Source of the DNA: an uncultured virus (IMG/VR IMGVR_UViG_3300027708_002017)
Lineage: Duplodnaviria; Heunggongvirae; Uroviricota; Caudoviricetes
Direction: 5' to 3' (one strand)
Length of the DNA: 64,000 bases
Virus record (IMG/VR): IMGVR_UViG_3300027708_002017
Shown: one piece after another, positions 19,798-29,808 of the stretch
Layout of the letters: the number at the start of each line of letters is the position of its first letter
Position numbering within the stretch: the stretch's first letter is position 1
The notes under the pieces: model-generated
What the model was told of the DNA's origin: nothing
The model's input: the letters and a program-made list of their open reading frames with translations, nothing else
Databases searched by the model: none
Program-made: the position numbers and the translations under genes

Positions 19798-20436
19798 TTA
19801 GTTTTTAATGATACGCTCTACTTTGCTAATACTACCGCCCAAATGCATACGGGCCATAAGCAAATTGTTGTCCCCAGTGACGTAAAAATGTGTGCCACCC
19901 CAACTGCGCGGCTTGTGCAGATCTTTAACACAACTCTTTGTTAGTTTAAGTTTTTTGTTAGATTCTGCCCACTCCACAAATGCACCATGCTCTTGGGTAG
20001 TTTTACCTAGGGTAATACGAAAATCATAATTCATTTTGGGCATAATTACAGTGCCCGAATCTAGCGTAGTATTATCCGGCGGCTTACTAATGTATTTCAC
20101 ATGATCCGTGCTAATCTTGGCTAATTTATTAATATCCACCAGCTTATTACTGTAGATACTGAGCCATGGACTTTCTACCCTGATGTCTATATCCGACATT
20201 TTAGATAATACTTTTTGCAATTGAAAAGCATAGTCTAAGTCTTCTTGATTACTGATACCACCGTGCCTGTAACCAAATTGATTTGGCTTAGGCTGATGTG
20301 GTATTGTAATTTCCAATAAGTTTTTATATACAGTATCTAGATCACTGTGCCTAAATAGGCTCGATCCGGCACATGTCAGCACAATTTTGTACTGATATAT
20401 GCCGTTGAATAGTTTTTTAGTTACCTTGTACTGCAT
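19798..20436 (-). CDS. hypothetical protein
   Basis: 212-aa ORF overlapping the end of clpA. Confidence 0.75.
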   Translation of the reverse strand: MQYKVTKKLFNGIYQYKIVLTCAGSSLFRHSDLDTVYKNLLEITIPHQPKPNQFGYRHGGISNQEDLDYAFQLQKVLSKMSDIDIRVESPWLSIYSNKLVDINKLAKISTDHVKYISKPPDNTTLDSGTVIMPKMNYDFRITLGKTTQEHGAFVEWAESNKKLKLTKSCVKDLHKPRSWGGTHFYVTGDNNLLMARMHLGGSISKVERIIKN

Positions 20437-22690
20437 GTTCTGCTGTATCTACCATCAGTAATGGAGTCTTAGGCAACTTAGGTTTAGCCGCCAATGAAAT
20501 TTTACCTTCTTGGACAGTAATAGTTAACCAACCACCATTCTTAAGATCTCCGAACAACATCATTTTTGCCAAAGGACGTTTAATTTCTTTGTCGATAACA
20601 CGTTGTAGCGGACGAGCACCCATCTTTTTATCAAAGCCGTTGTCGATTAACCAGTTGGTAGCTTCTTTATCAATCTTGATACGGATACCTTTTTCTTTAA
20701 CTTGGTCACGCATCTCGTCAATAAACTTATCTACTACCTTAACAACAGTTTCTTTACCAAGTTTGTTGAATGTAATAACGGCATCTAAACGATTACGGAA
20801 CTCTGGTGCAAAGAATTTCTTAAGTTCTTTATCGCTGTAGTCTTTTTCTTGACTACCAAAGCCGATATTGTTCTTTTCAGCGTCCTGCGCACCAGCATTG
20901 GTTGTAAGAATTAGCACAATGTTACGACAGTCAGCACGTTTGCCGTTTGAACCAGTAATAAAACCATTATCCATCATTTGCAACAATACTGTGCTGACAT
21001 CTGGATGACTCTTTTCAACTTCGTCAAACAACAGAACAGCATTGGGATTCTCTTGAATCTGTGTAATCAGCAAGCCTGCATTTTCTTCAAAGCCAACATA
21101 ACCTGGAGGGCTACCGATCAGTTTACTGATGCTGTGCTTTTCTTGATATTCACTCATATCAAAACGTAACAACTTGGTACCTAAGTGTTTAGCCAGACTT
21201 TTGGCCGTTTCAGTCTTACCGCAACCAGTCGGGCCCATGAATACAAAACTACCAACGGGCTTGTTCTCTGGTTTAAGTCCAGCTTGAGCAACGATAATTT
21301 TGTCTACAATTTCTTCAATAGCATTATCTTGACCAAACACATCGGCATTCACGTTATCTTGCAGTTTGGCAATGCTTGAACTTTCACTTTCCATGATTTG
21401 CTCTTCGGGCATAGCAACCATCTTAGCAAGCTCATATTGAATTTCACGTTCTCCAATAACACGATCATCTGCCATCTTTAAGTTAAAGCGACTACATGCT
21501 ACGTCGATTAGGTCAATAGCCTTATCTGGTAGTTTCTTATCAGCTTGATATTTAACGCTTAACTTAATAGCCGCTTGTAGTGCATCATTACGAATCTTGA
21601 CATTGTGGAATGACTCGTAATACTTCTTAATACCTTGCAAGATACTGTAAGTCATTTCTTGAGTAGGCTCGTCAACAGTAATGCGTTGAAAACGACGCAT
21701 CAGCGCACGATCCTTTTCAAAGTGCTTGCGATATTCTTCCCAAGTAGTACTGGCCACAACTTTAATGTTGCCTTTGCTTAGAGCAGGTTTCATCATGTTA
21801 GCGAGATCATTAGCTGAATTACCAGCAGATCCTGCGCCAGAGATCATATGTGCCTCGTCGATGAACAGCACAGTCTTACCTTTCTTCTGCAGAGCTTTGA
21901 TAACATGTTTAAAACGTTCTTCAAAGTCTCCGCGGTACTTACTGCCAGCCAACATGGCACTAATATCCAAACTGTATACTTTGTATTCTTTTAGGAAATC
22001 TGGAACAGCACCCTTGACGATATTATAAGCAAGTCCCTCTGCTATAGCAGTCTTACCTACACCAGGATCTCCTACAAGAATCACGTTGTTCTTACTGCGA
22101 CGACCTAAGGCCAAACTAATATTTTCAAGTTCGTCAATACGTCCAATAACAGGATCAATTTTGTTCTTAGTAACTTGATCGTTAAGATTAGTAGTAAATG
22201 CCGCAAGTGCTCTAGTTAGTGTATTGCTTTCAGGAGCTTCGTCGTCTGAAACTTCTTCAACGCTGTTGTTGATAAAGTCGGCAAATTTATCGCGGTCAAT
22301 GCCAGCTTGCTGAATATAAAAATGAGCCCAACTGCGTTTTTCACCCATCATGGCAATAAACACATCTGTACTTTCTATACGTTGACGTCCGTTAAACAAC
22401 ACCTGGGTAAATGCACGATTAAGCACACGTTCTACACTTTGTGTCTTGCGAGGTTTGACCACAACATCTTGGACTACTATTTCACCGCAGTTATTGTTCA
22501 AATAAGTAGTGAGATTTTTTTTAAGATCGTCGGCATTGGATCCAAAGTTTTTAATACATTCTTTAAAGTTATCTTCTGATAGCATTGCTAATAGAATATG
22601 CTCTATGGTCAGGTATTCGTGATGTAGTTTTTTTGCAGTTTCAATTGCTTTTTCAAATACTGCTTGTAGGTTATCACTTGGTTCAACCAT
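20417..22690 (-). CDS. clpA: ClpA-type AAA+ unfoldase
   Basis: Clp N-domain, GDPGVGKT, FIDEAH, GPTGCGKT, FDEVEK, IGF ClpP-docking loop, GARPL; no ClpB middle domain. Confidence 0.93.
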   Translation of the reverse strand: MVEPSDNLQAVFEKAIETAKKLHHEYLTIEHILLAMLSEDNFKECIKNFGSNADDLKKNLTTYLNNNCGEIVVQDVVVKPRKTQSVERVLNRAFTQVLFNGRQRIESTDVFIAMMGEKRSWAHFYIQQAGIDRDKFADFINNSVEEVSDDEAPESNTLTRALAAFTTNLNDQVTKNKIDPVIGRIDELENISLALGRRSKNNVILVGDPGVGKTAIAEGLAYNIVKGAVPDFLKEYKVYSLDISAMLAGSKYRGDFEERFKHVIKALQKKGKTVLFIDEAHMISGAGSAGNSANDLANMMKPALSKGNIKVVASTTWEEYRKHFEKDRALMRRFQRITVDEPTQEMTYSILQGIKKYYESFHNVKIRNDALQAAIKLSVKYQADKKLPDKAIDLIDVACSRFNLKMADDRVIGEREIQYELAKMVAMPEEQIMESESSSIAKLQDNVNADVFGQDNAIEEIVDKIIVAQAGLKPENKPVGSFVFMGPTGCGKTETAKSLAKHLGTKLLRFDMSEYQEKHSISKLIGSPPGYVGFEENAGLLITQIQENPNAVLLFDEVEKSHPDVSTVLLQMMDNGFITGSNGKRADCRNIVLILTTNAGAQDAEKNNIGFGSQEKDYSDKELKKFFAPEFRNRLDAVITFNKLGKETVVKVVDKFIDEMRDQVKEKGIRIKIDKEATNWLIDNGFDKKMGARPLQRVIDKEIKRPLAKMMLFGDLKNGGWLTITVQEGKISLAAKPKLPKTPLLMVDTAEHAVQGN

Positions 22691-23181
22691 TACTTTCTTC
22701 CCTTTTTCTTTAATAATTTCTTTTTAGCTAGTGCTAGTTTTAATGGACTAATATGTTCTGTAAAACAAATACCATCCAAATGGTCTAGTTCATGTTGAAA
22801 ACATCTTGAATCTATTCCAGTTAGTTCTATTATACGCTTATTTCCTTGTCTGTCAAGGTATCCGACAGTAATATTATTATGACGTGGAACTTTTAAAAAT
22901 AATTCCGGAAAGCTCAAACATCCTTCATTATCTTCAACCATGTCGTTGTCTCCATGTAAGATATACGGGTTGAACATGCAAAAAGGAACTTGGTCTTTAA
23001 GATGTATGGCAAACACTCTTTTGAGTAATCCCACTTGGTTTCCCGCAAGACCAATACCTTTACTTTCAATCATAAGTTGAACCATGTCAACTTCGACTTC
23101 TTTTGCATTTAAGTCTGTTTCAAAATTCCAATCTACAGCTTTTTGTTTAAGTATAGGATCAGGAAATTTTACTAATTTCAT
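22690..23181 (-). CDS. def: peptide deformylase
   Basis: GIGLAGNQ, EGCLS, QHELDH. Confidence 0.96.
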   Translation of the reverse strand: MKLVKFPDPILKQKAVDWNFETDLNAKEVEVDMVQLMIESKGIGLAGNQVGLLKRVFAIHLKDQVPFCMFNPYILHGDNDMVEDNEGCLSFPELFLKVPRHNNITVGYLDRQGNKRIIELTGIDSRCFQHELDHLDGICFTEHISPLKLALAKKKLLKKKGRK

Positions 23182-24022
23182 CGTTTATCTGACGTAGTTT
23201 TGCCACGAGAGCTGGATCTTCTATAGAAGGTGCTTTAATATTAATTACACTAACAAACCTACCCCTGCCGCCATGGTTTACATTTTGAAATCCATTACCA
23301 GCACTGGCAAATTCTACTCCGGATTCCACTCCAGGGCGTATATCTAAATCAAGTTTAGTTCCATTGATAATTTTAACAGTTTTTTTGCAACCTATCATTG
23401 CTTCAATAGGATTGATATGTACCGTTGTATACAAGTCGTCGCCTTGACGTTTGTAATTTTGATCTGGCAATACTACTATAGTAACATTAAGATTACCTCG
23501 CGGCGCACCAGGCATACTATCGTCGCCTAACTCGCCATAGCGAATAGTTTCACCGTGCTGTATACCAGCCGGCACATTAATAACTACAGTTTGAGTCCGA
23601 CCACTTGGTAATTTATAATTTGCTTCAAGCTGTTTTCCAACATAAGAATCTAGTAATGTGATCTGACATTGAATATTTAAATCTCGATTGCGTCGCATTT
23701 GACCTCGATGTCCGCCAAATATGTCCGCAAATGGATGACCTTGTGGAAAAGGGCTTCCGCCTCCGAACATATTGCCAAACGGATCAAATGGATTGCCAGT
23801 ATTGAAGTGGAATTGCTGTCCACCGTATTGTCGCTGATGGTCGTATTCAGCTTTCTTTTGTGGATCGCTTAGGTTGTCGTATGCAACACTAATATCTTTG
23901 AACTTGGCTTGATCACCACCCTTATCTGGATGATGTTTATTAGCCAAAGTTCGGTATGCTTTTTTAATTTCGTCCGGGCTAGCATTTTCGTTAATGCCTA
24001 GTGTTTGGTAATAATCAGTCAT
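23159..24022 (-). CDS. class B DnaJ/CbpA-like co-chaperone
   Basis: J-domain HPD, G/F region, C-terminal domain, no zinc finger. Confidence 0.93.
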   Translation of the reverse strand: MTDYYQTLGINENASPDEIKKAYRTLANKHHPDKGGDQAKFKDISVAYDNLSDPQKKAEYDHQRQYGGQQFHFNTGNPFDPFGNMFGGGSPFPQGHPFADIFGGHRGQMRRNRDLNIQCQITLLDSYVGKQLEANYKLPSGRTQTVVINVPAGIQHGETIRYGELGDDSMPGAPRGNLNVTIVVLPDQNYKRQGDDLYTTVHINPIEAMIGCKKTVKIINGTKLDLDIRPGVESGVEFASAGNGFQNVNHGGRGRFVSVINIKAPSIEDPALVAKLRQINDEISKIS

Positions 24023-24053
24023 AGTCGTAAAAAAGGCTCCGTTAATAATAGTA

Positions 24054-24082
24054 ATTATACTATCTTAAGCGGAGCCTGTCAA
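24054..24082 (-). promoter_or_regulatory. sigma70-type early promoter overlapping a hairpin
   Basis: Perfect TTGACA-17 bp-TATAAT. Confidence 0.8.
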
Positions 24083-24091
24083 GTATTTGGA

Positions 24092-24325
24092 TTACTTTTT
24101 CTTGTCTGGAACTGCTTCGCCTTCGACTTTCTTGTGAACTTTGATTTTTTTACAATCTTCGGCTTGCTTGCCAGTTTTCTTATCCATTACTGCCTTGCCT
24201 GCTTTGTCCACTTTTGGTGTGCAAACTTCTTTAGTCTCTCCACCTGCATAAGCCATGCCAGTAGTAGCTACTAGGCAAACTGAATAAATGCCTACAATAT
24301 ATAATGCCGCTAATAATTTTTTCAT
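24092..24325 (-). CDS. small secreted basic protein
   Basis: MKKLLAALY...AYA signal peptide, two Cys, AAGGA SD. Confidence 0.7.
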   Translation of the reverse strand: MKKLLAALYIVGIYSVCLVATTGMAYAGGETKEVCTPKVDKAGKAVMDKKTGKQAEDCKKIKVHKKVEGEAVPDKKK

Positions 24326-24335
24326 TTTAATTTCC

Positions 24336-24845
24336 TTATATTGCTGGTTGGCCAAAATCTGGCACAATCTTTTTACCACTTGCAGTTGTGTCTACGGTTG
24401 GTGTTGTCCCCCAACTTGCTGGCGGCGTAAAGCTACTTGCTGTGTTCCCGCCAAGTGGTGCTGACCCAAAACCTGTGCTGGGGGAACTGAATCCTCCTGT
24501 TGTAGGTGGGCTAAATGCTGGAGCCCCGCTCGCAAATCCTGTTGTTGGTGCCGGTACTTGTGCTCCGCCATTGTTTGCTCCGTTTAGTTTTTCTTGTGTA
24601 CGACCAAATGCCGCGATACCTAACACTGCACCCATTGCAATGTGGAATAAACCAGCACCTTGCAAGGTCAATGGATTCCATTGTGTAATTTGTGTATGGG
24701 TAAATGTTTGTAATAGGCTCCATAAGATTGGAAATACAATCATGTCCATGGTACAGACTAGCATATACATCCAGCCCATCATTGGACGCCACTTGGAATT
24801 CATCCAATCTTCTTTTTTTGATTCGCTTGTCACTTGGTCTGCCAT
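24336..24845 (-). CDS. holin-like membrane protein (3TM/GTA type)
   Basis: KWRPMMGW, hydrophobic helices, GRTQEK; lies in the lysis cassette. Confidence 0.65.
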   Translation of the reverse strand: MADQVTSESKKEDWMNSKWRPMMGWMYMLVCTMDMIVFPILWSLLQTFTHTQITQWNPLTLQGAGLFHIAMGAVLGIAAFGRTQEKLNGANNGGAQVPAPTTGFASGAPAFSPPTTGGFSSPSTGFGSAPLGGNTASSFTPPASWGTTPTVDTTASGKKIVPDFGQPAI

Positions 24846-24875
24846 AGTTCGCTCCTGTTGGCTTAATAGTAGTAT

Positions 24876-25136
24876 TTATTTGATACTGTCAAATATCTTT
24901 TTCTGGCTGTTATACCAGTCAATCCAGCTGTCTACGCTGTCCTTACAAGCATAATATTGCCCGTAATTGTCAACAACTACCGGCAAAACCTCGCTCAACT
25001 TGGTAGTTTCCGCTGTTTGTTTCAAATCAGGGCATGCTACTAACATATCTTTAGGAACATCTGGAAATTTTACAGTTACTGGTACTGTGGTGCAACCTGT
25101 AATTAACAATGCAGTTACTATAATAAGGTGTTTCAT
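24876..25136 (-). CDS. o-spanin lipoprotein
   Basis: Lipobox LITGC, Pro-rich segment, downstream Cys residues. Confidence 0.8.
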   Translation of the reverse strand: MKHLIIVTALLITGCTTVPVTVKFPDVPKDMLVACPDLKQTAETTKLSEVLPVVVDNYGQYYACKDSVDSWIDWYNSQKKIFDSIK

Positions 25137-25621
25137 TTTTTAACCTCCTCAATAGTAACACTTCCTTTTTTCATAGGATTTTTAGCGGCATCGTTTAGAT
25201 CTTTAATTACTTCTGGAGCAACTTTACATTCTGCGTCAATAATCTGTGCTTCTTTAACAATACGCTCTTTAACGGTAGTAATGTATTCTTTTCTGATAAT
25301 TGCTTTCTTTTTACGCTCTTGCTCCAATTTAGTATTAACTTGCTGGCTTTCAGCCTCAGCTTTGGCAACTTTTGCTTGAGCTTCTTCTACCTTAGCTCGC
25401 CAGCGCATTTCAGTGTCGTATCCGCCACGTAACCATACACCCAACACAAGTAATACTACACCAACGGGTTTTAAAAACCTCACGTAATTGCCATAAAAAG
25501 GAATCCATCGCCCTAGCCAACTGGCCGCAATTCCACTAATACCTACAGCAATAATTAACCAATACAACCAGTTGAGTATTGCGTCCGGAATCAGACTAAT
25601 TATCCACTGAATCTGACCCAT
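25133..25621 (-). CDS. i-spanin
   Basis: N-terminal TM segments, coiled coil, C-terminal Cys; overlaps the o-spanin start. Confidence 0.75.
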   Translation of the reverse strand: MGQIQWIISLIPDAILNWLYWLIIAVGISGIAASWLGRWIPFYGNYVRFLKPVGVVLLVLGVWLRGGYDTEMRWRAKVEEAQAKVAKAEAESQQVNTKLEQERKKKAIIRKEYITTVKERIVKEAQIIDAECKVAPEVIKDLNDAAKNPMKKGSVTIEEVKK

Positions 25622-25624
25622 ACA

Positions 25625-26254
25625 TTATCCTTGTAGAATGTGTAATGCGTGAGTATAATGGTTTTGACGATCTTCTAAGCCCAATGTCCCGCCGTTAATA
25701 CGTTTGGTCATTGTTAGGATGTCGCCACTGTCTGCGTATTGATTTAAATTGTTGGCTTCCCAAAACCAAGCGGCACTTTGTACGCAACCTTCGAATGTAG
25801 TTAAGTGTTCGCTTGCTTCGTCTAGCGTTTGCTCTGTGCTTGCGGCATAACGGCTATAGTTGTCTTTACCAGTTAACTGAATAAGTCCGCGTCCACAAAA
25901 CTTCCAACCATCGCCTGACTCTTCTGGGCCGTTGCCCATGCGATTAGCGTATGCTCTATTGGCAATTTTTTCTGGTTGTTGTGCATAGGCATTGGCAACA
26001 TCCATGTTAGGAAAATAACGTGGCCATACTTTACAAAGACTTGCGGCTTTGTAATTTAAATTTTCTTTAATTGCTTTAAAGCCGCCTGACTCGTGTGCGC
26101 ACTGTGCTAAGAAGGCCGCAACACGTGGCACTGTATCGATGTCATAGTCTGGAAGTATTTCGCATAACGCTTCAAACCAATGTTCAGCATAAGGGTTTTT
26201 ACCAATAATTGCTTCGAACTTTGCTTGTGTAAAATCAAATTTAAAATCGCTCAT
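25625..26254 (-). CDS. GH19 endolysin
   Basis: AAFLAQCAHESG, ENLNY, GRGLIQLTGKDNY, TKRINGG; start MSDFK at 26254. Confidence 0.93.
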   Translation of the reverse strand: MSDFKFDFTQAKFEAIIGKNPYAEHWFEALCEILPDYDIDTVPRVAAFLAQCAHESGGFKAIKENLNYKAASLCKVWPRYFPNMDVANAYAQQPEKIANRAYANRMGNGPEESGDGWKFCGRGLIQLTGKDNYSRYAASTEQTLDEASEHLTTFEGCVQSAAWFWEANNLNQYADSGDILTMTKRINGGTLGLEDRQNHYTHALHILQG

Positions 26255-26255
26255 C

Positions 26256-26987
26256 TTATTTCCTTTCAAGGGCAACTGCCCAGCCATTATTTTCAAATAT
26301 AAATGTATTACTAATTTTATTAATATTGTAATTCCCAATGACCTTAGTTAAAAACATAACTTCGGCCATATCTTTGCTTTCTAAAACAATTGGGCCTTTA
26401 ATGCTGTCGTATACTTTGTTTTTATTACCACTGGCTACAATATCAAAAGTCACTGTTCCACTATAAGGTCTAGTAAAACTAATGCTTTCATCTATAAGTT
26501 TAATTTCGTCAGCATAGCTATTCTTAAAAAACTCTTGGAAATTATCCATAGTGTTTCGTTTAGTAGCAAGTTCGTAAGAATCTTTATCTTGTGGAACTGC
26601 TATATTAATATTTTCAATATTAGCTTCTTGGCTTTTAAAATTTTTAAAATATCTAAATCGCATGTGATCAAGATTAGCTAATTTTTTAACACCTTCTAAT
26701 ATTTCTAATATTTGTTCAGCAATATGTCTGCCGCGCTCTAATTCTACAAATACAAAATAACTTCCGTCATCAGTTTCGCCTGCTGTACAATCTGCATCTA
26801 GTACAAAACTATATCCCATTTCAATAAAATTTTCAAGATCCTTAGCGGCATCTTCGTGTTTGACTTCAAAACTTACAACAACGACTTGATCGTCATCCCC
26901 AATTTTACTTTTAAACGCATCGATGCCAAATACTTTTTTAACCAAGTATTCAAGATCTCCAGCACGTAAACTTTCTGTTAATTGCAT
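26256..26987 (-). CDS. hypothetical protein (possibly virion)
   Basis: 243-aa ORF with MQLTE leader. Confidence 0.75.
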   Translation of the reverse strand: MQLTESLRAGDLEYLVKKVFGIDAFKSKIGDDDQVVVVSFEVKHEDAAKDLENFIEMGYSFVLDADCTAGETDDGSYFVFVELERGRHIAEQILEILEGVKKLANLDHMRFRYFKNFKSQEANIENINIAVPQDKDSYELATKRNTMDNFQEFFKNSYADEIKLIDESISFTRPYSGTVTFDIVASGNKNKVYDSIKGPIVLESKDMAEVMFLTKVIGNYNINKISNTFIFENNGWAVALERK

Positions 26988-26995
26988 GTTAATCC

Positions 26996-27583
26996 TTAAA
27001 CTGGAGCTGGTGCTGGAGCACCACCGGGCGGAGCAGTCATTCCTGGTGTCGGCGCAGGGCCTGCTCCCGGAGTCATACCTGGTGCAGTTGGTGCCGGTGC
27101 GCCTGCGGCATTGGCGGCCACAGCAGACTTAGGTGCTTCTGCTGTTTTGCCTTCATTTTTCATCTTGTCCATATAACCTTTGTAGATATCAAATGCAATC
27201 TTTTTAGGCATTTGGATTTCTACAATCCAAATAGGATGACGGTCTAAACGACCTTTTTTGCTGTTAGGACGAATGTCTTCTGCTGTACGAATTTTGCGCG
27301 GCTCTATTAAGTGACTCTTTTGATAACTGATTTTGCAACCTAATTCCATTAGACGCTTACCAGCAGTGGGGTCAGGCATTTTATTTTGCGGCCACATAAA
27401 CCCAGCTGTGATCCAATGACGATCCACACGTGGTCCATAAGCTAATTCGCCTTCTTCCCAGTTTTCGTACACATACGTATCCATCTCGTCTAACACACGT
27501 TCAAAGTCTTTAAGCACAGCCAGACTACTGTTGTTTTCGTATAAATCTTGTATGTTCTGTATTACGTCTAAAATATCATGCAT
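26996..27583 (-). CDS. hypothetical protein with P/A/G-rich tail
   Basis: 195-aa ORF after TAAATA at 27609. Confidence 0.75.
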   Translation of the reverse strand: MHDILDVIQNIQDLYENNSSLAVLKDFERVLDEMDTYVYENWEEGELAYGPRVDRHWITAGFMWPQNKMPDPTAGKRLMELGCKISYQKSHLIEPRKIRTAEDIRPNSKKGRLDRHPIWIVEIQMPKKIAFDIYKGYMDKMKNEGKTAEAPKSAVAANAAGAPAPTAPGMTPGAGPAPTPGMTAPPGGAPAPAPV

Positions 27584-27744
27584 GTTGGGTTCCAGAAACT
27601 TGTATACTTATTTAGCTGGTTTGAAACGATAACATAACAGTTTATTATTCTGTGTATTCGTTAAATAATAGTGTAGGACCTCTGTAGTTATCAGGGCGGT
27701 CACTGCAAGTCTTACTTTAACCAGTAAAGTAGGAGCTAAACTAG

Positions 27745-28464
27745 ATGAGTAAACAACGAGTGAAAAAGCGTTTTACATCAGAAGTTAATATCATTGATTT
27801 CCAGCCGTATCTTCCGGCAAAAAAGCAACGTGTTAATATTAATGCACGTAATGCTAATCAGAAACTTTATCTTAGCAAATTATACGAAGAATCCACTAGC
27901 ATAGTACTTGCTATCGGACCTGCCGGCACGGGTAAAACCATGCTAGCCGTACAGTTTGGTATTAAATTGTTTCAGGAAGGCAAAGTTGACAGAATCGTGG
28001 TAACAAGACCCGCCGTGTCCGTAGATGAGGATTTAGGCTTCTTACCAGGTGACTTGAATGAAAAGATGGCACCTTGGACAAGACCTATATTCGATGTCTT
28101 GGGCGAATATTATCAAAAGAAAGAAATAGCCAACATGTTGGAGGAAGGTGTTATTGAAATAAGTCCACTTGCTTATATGCGCGGCCGCACATTTAAAAAT
28201 GCTTATATCGTCGCTGACGAAATGCAAAATGCCACAGTTAATCAAATGAAAATGCTACTAACCCGTTTAGGAGAGGGCTCTAAGATGGTAGTGACAGGAG
28301 ATCTAGCTCAAGCAGATAGAATAAACGACAATGGGTTAATTGATTTTTGTAACCTAATTGCCAAAAAAGAATATTTAGAGCACATTGATATTATTCAATT
28401 TGATGCTCGTGACATCGAACGCCATAATGCCGTGAAGGAGGTGTTAGCGGTTTATGGAGAATAA
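27745..28464 (+). CDS. phoH: PhoH-family ATPase
   Basis: GPAGTGKT, TRPAV, LGFLPG, YMRGRT, DEMQN, TRLG, GDLAQ. Confidence 0.96.
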   Translation: MSKQRVKKRFTSEVNIIDFQPYLPAKKQRVNINARNANQKLYLSKLYEESTSIVLAIGPAGTGKTMLAVQFGIKLFQEGKVDRIVVTRPAVSVDEDLGFLPGDLNEKMAPWTRPIFDVLGEYYQKKEIANMLEEGVIEISPLAYMRGRTFKNAYIVADEMQNATVNQMKMLLTRLGEGSKMVVTGDLAQADRINDNGLIDFCNLIAKKEYLEHIDIIQFDARDIERHNAVKEVLAVYGE

Positions 28465-28489
28465 AGCGGCAACGCTTTAGATAGTCATT

Positions 28490-28515
28490 AAAAAGGGCCT
28501 TTGCGGCCCTTTTTT
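28490..28515. terminator. bidirectional rho-independent terminator
   Basis: AAAAAGGGCC-TTTGC-GGCCCTTTTT between convergent genes. Confidence 0.9.
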
Positions 28516-28516
28516 A

Positions 28517-29437
28517 TTAGGATAAATGACCTAGTCGGATCAGTGTTGCCGCCAGATTAATTTCTGGATCTGCAACAAACGTATGGTCTACTAGACCTTG
28601 TTTAATGATCAAGACAGCTTTGTCTTGTGTAGCTTCTTCGCCAAACAATGTGATATTATCATACAACCAGCGATAGATATCCTCCATTTCATCTGGACGA
28701 GCACGACCGCATAACAATTTCCTAGCATCGGAAATCTTACCTGCTTTAAACAATTCAACCATTTCGACTTTATAATCGCTTACTCCACTGTCGCTGGTCT
28801 GCGGACTCATCAGTTTGCCTTCCATACTGTGTTGTTGTAACAGATTAATACACTTACGCAAATCCGGATATACGCTTTTAACATAAGTATCTAAGGTATC
28901 TAGATCAAACTCAATATTTTCTTCTACTAGAATAGTAGCCGCCCGAGCTGTATATTCAGTTTGGTCAATGCTGGCAAAATGCATTTGTTGACAACGACTG
29001 TGTAGTGCTGGCACAATCCTGTTAGGAGTGTTGCAAGTTAAGATAAATCTACTGTGATCACTGTATTCTTCCATGACGCCTTTAAGTGCGTCTTGTGCTT
29101 CCGGACTAAGTCGATCGGCTTCGTCTAATAACACAACCTTAAATGGGCCAAACGGAATCATTTGCACAAAGTTAGTAATCTTTTCTCTAACAACTTCGCG
29201 AATACCAGTATCACGACTAGCATTAACTTCCAAAATATCAAAGTCTGGAATACCTAGTTCTTGCATCAGAACTTTAGCTAGAGTAGTTTTGCCAATGCCT
29301 GGGCTACCGCTTAACAATAAATGTGGAATACTGCCATCTTTAATCCATGATTTAATTTGTTTCTTTTGGCCTTCGTCCCTAAACACATAGTCGTCTAGTG
29401 TCTTCGGACGATATTTTTCTACCCATAACTGCTTCAT
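28517..29437 (-). CDS. clamp loader ATPase subunit (RFC/gp44-like)
   Basis: WVEKYRP, GSPGIGKT, NAS, DEAD, SRC. Confidence 0.95.
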   Translation of the reverse strand: MKQLWVEKYRPKTLDDYVFRDEGQKKQIKSWIKDGSIPHLLLSGSPGIGKTTLAKVLMQELGIPDFDILEVNASRDTGIREVVREKITNFVQMIPFGPFKVVLLDEADRLSPEAQDALKGVMEEYSDHSRFILTCNTPNRIVPALHSRCQQMHFASIDQTEYTARAATILVEENIEFDLDTLDTYVKSVYPDLRKCINLLQQHSMEGKLMSPQTSDSGVSDYKVEMVELFKAGKISDARKLLCGRARPDEMEDIYRWLYDNITLFGEEATQDKAVLIIKQGLVDHTFVADPEINLAATLIRLGHLS

Positions 29438-29808
29438 TCTGTATCCTTAACAAACTGTTTCAAATTCGGCGGAGTCCAACCAACTGGTTTTAGTACTTTC
29501 CCGTCTTCACGCTTACGAACCTTGCCGGTCTCTTTATCAATCTTAGCAAAGTTTGTATTCATTACTTCCTTCCAGCCGCCTTCTGAATCTGCGCCCATAC
29601 TATGCATGGCACCAATACATACTACTACAATGTCTAGTAGTGCGTCAAGTGTTTCGACCCTGTCCTTGTGATTAAGTGCTAGGACCAGTTCTTTACATTC
29701 TTCTTCAATCAATTTAAGATACATGTTAAATTGATCTTCATTCCAATCACCTACTGTTTGATCGCAGGCTTTCATAAATTTTTCTTGATCGCGAAAAGGA
29801 TTTGTCAT
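29434..29808 (-). CDS. MazG-like NTP pyrophosphohydrolase
   Basis: LIEEECKE, ETLDALLD, NFAK, DGKVLKP. Confidence 0.85.
   Translation of the reverse strand: MTNPFRDQEKFMKACDQTVGDWNEDQFNMYLKLIEEECKELVLALNHKDRVETLDALLDIVVVCIGAMHSMGADSEGGWKEVMNTNFAKIDKETGKVRKREDGKVLKPVGWTPPNLKQFVKDTE

Noticed and set aside
24388..24954. 188-aa plus-strand ORF across the holin
   Set aside because: Antisense to a well-supported lysis gene; low-complexity shadow.
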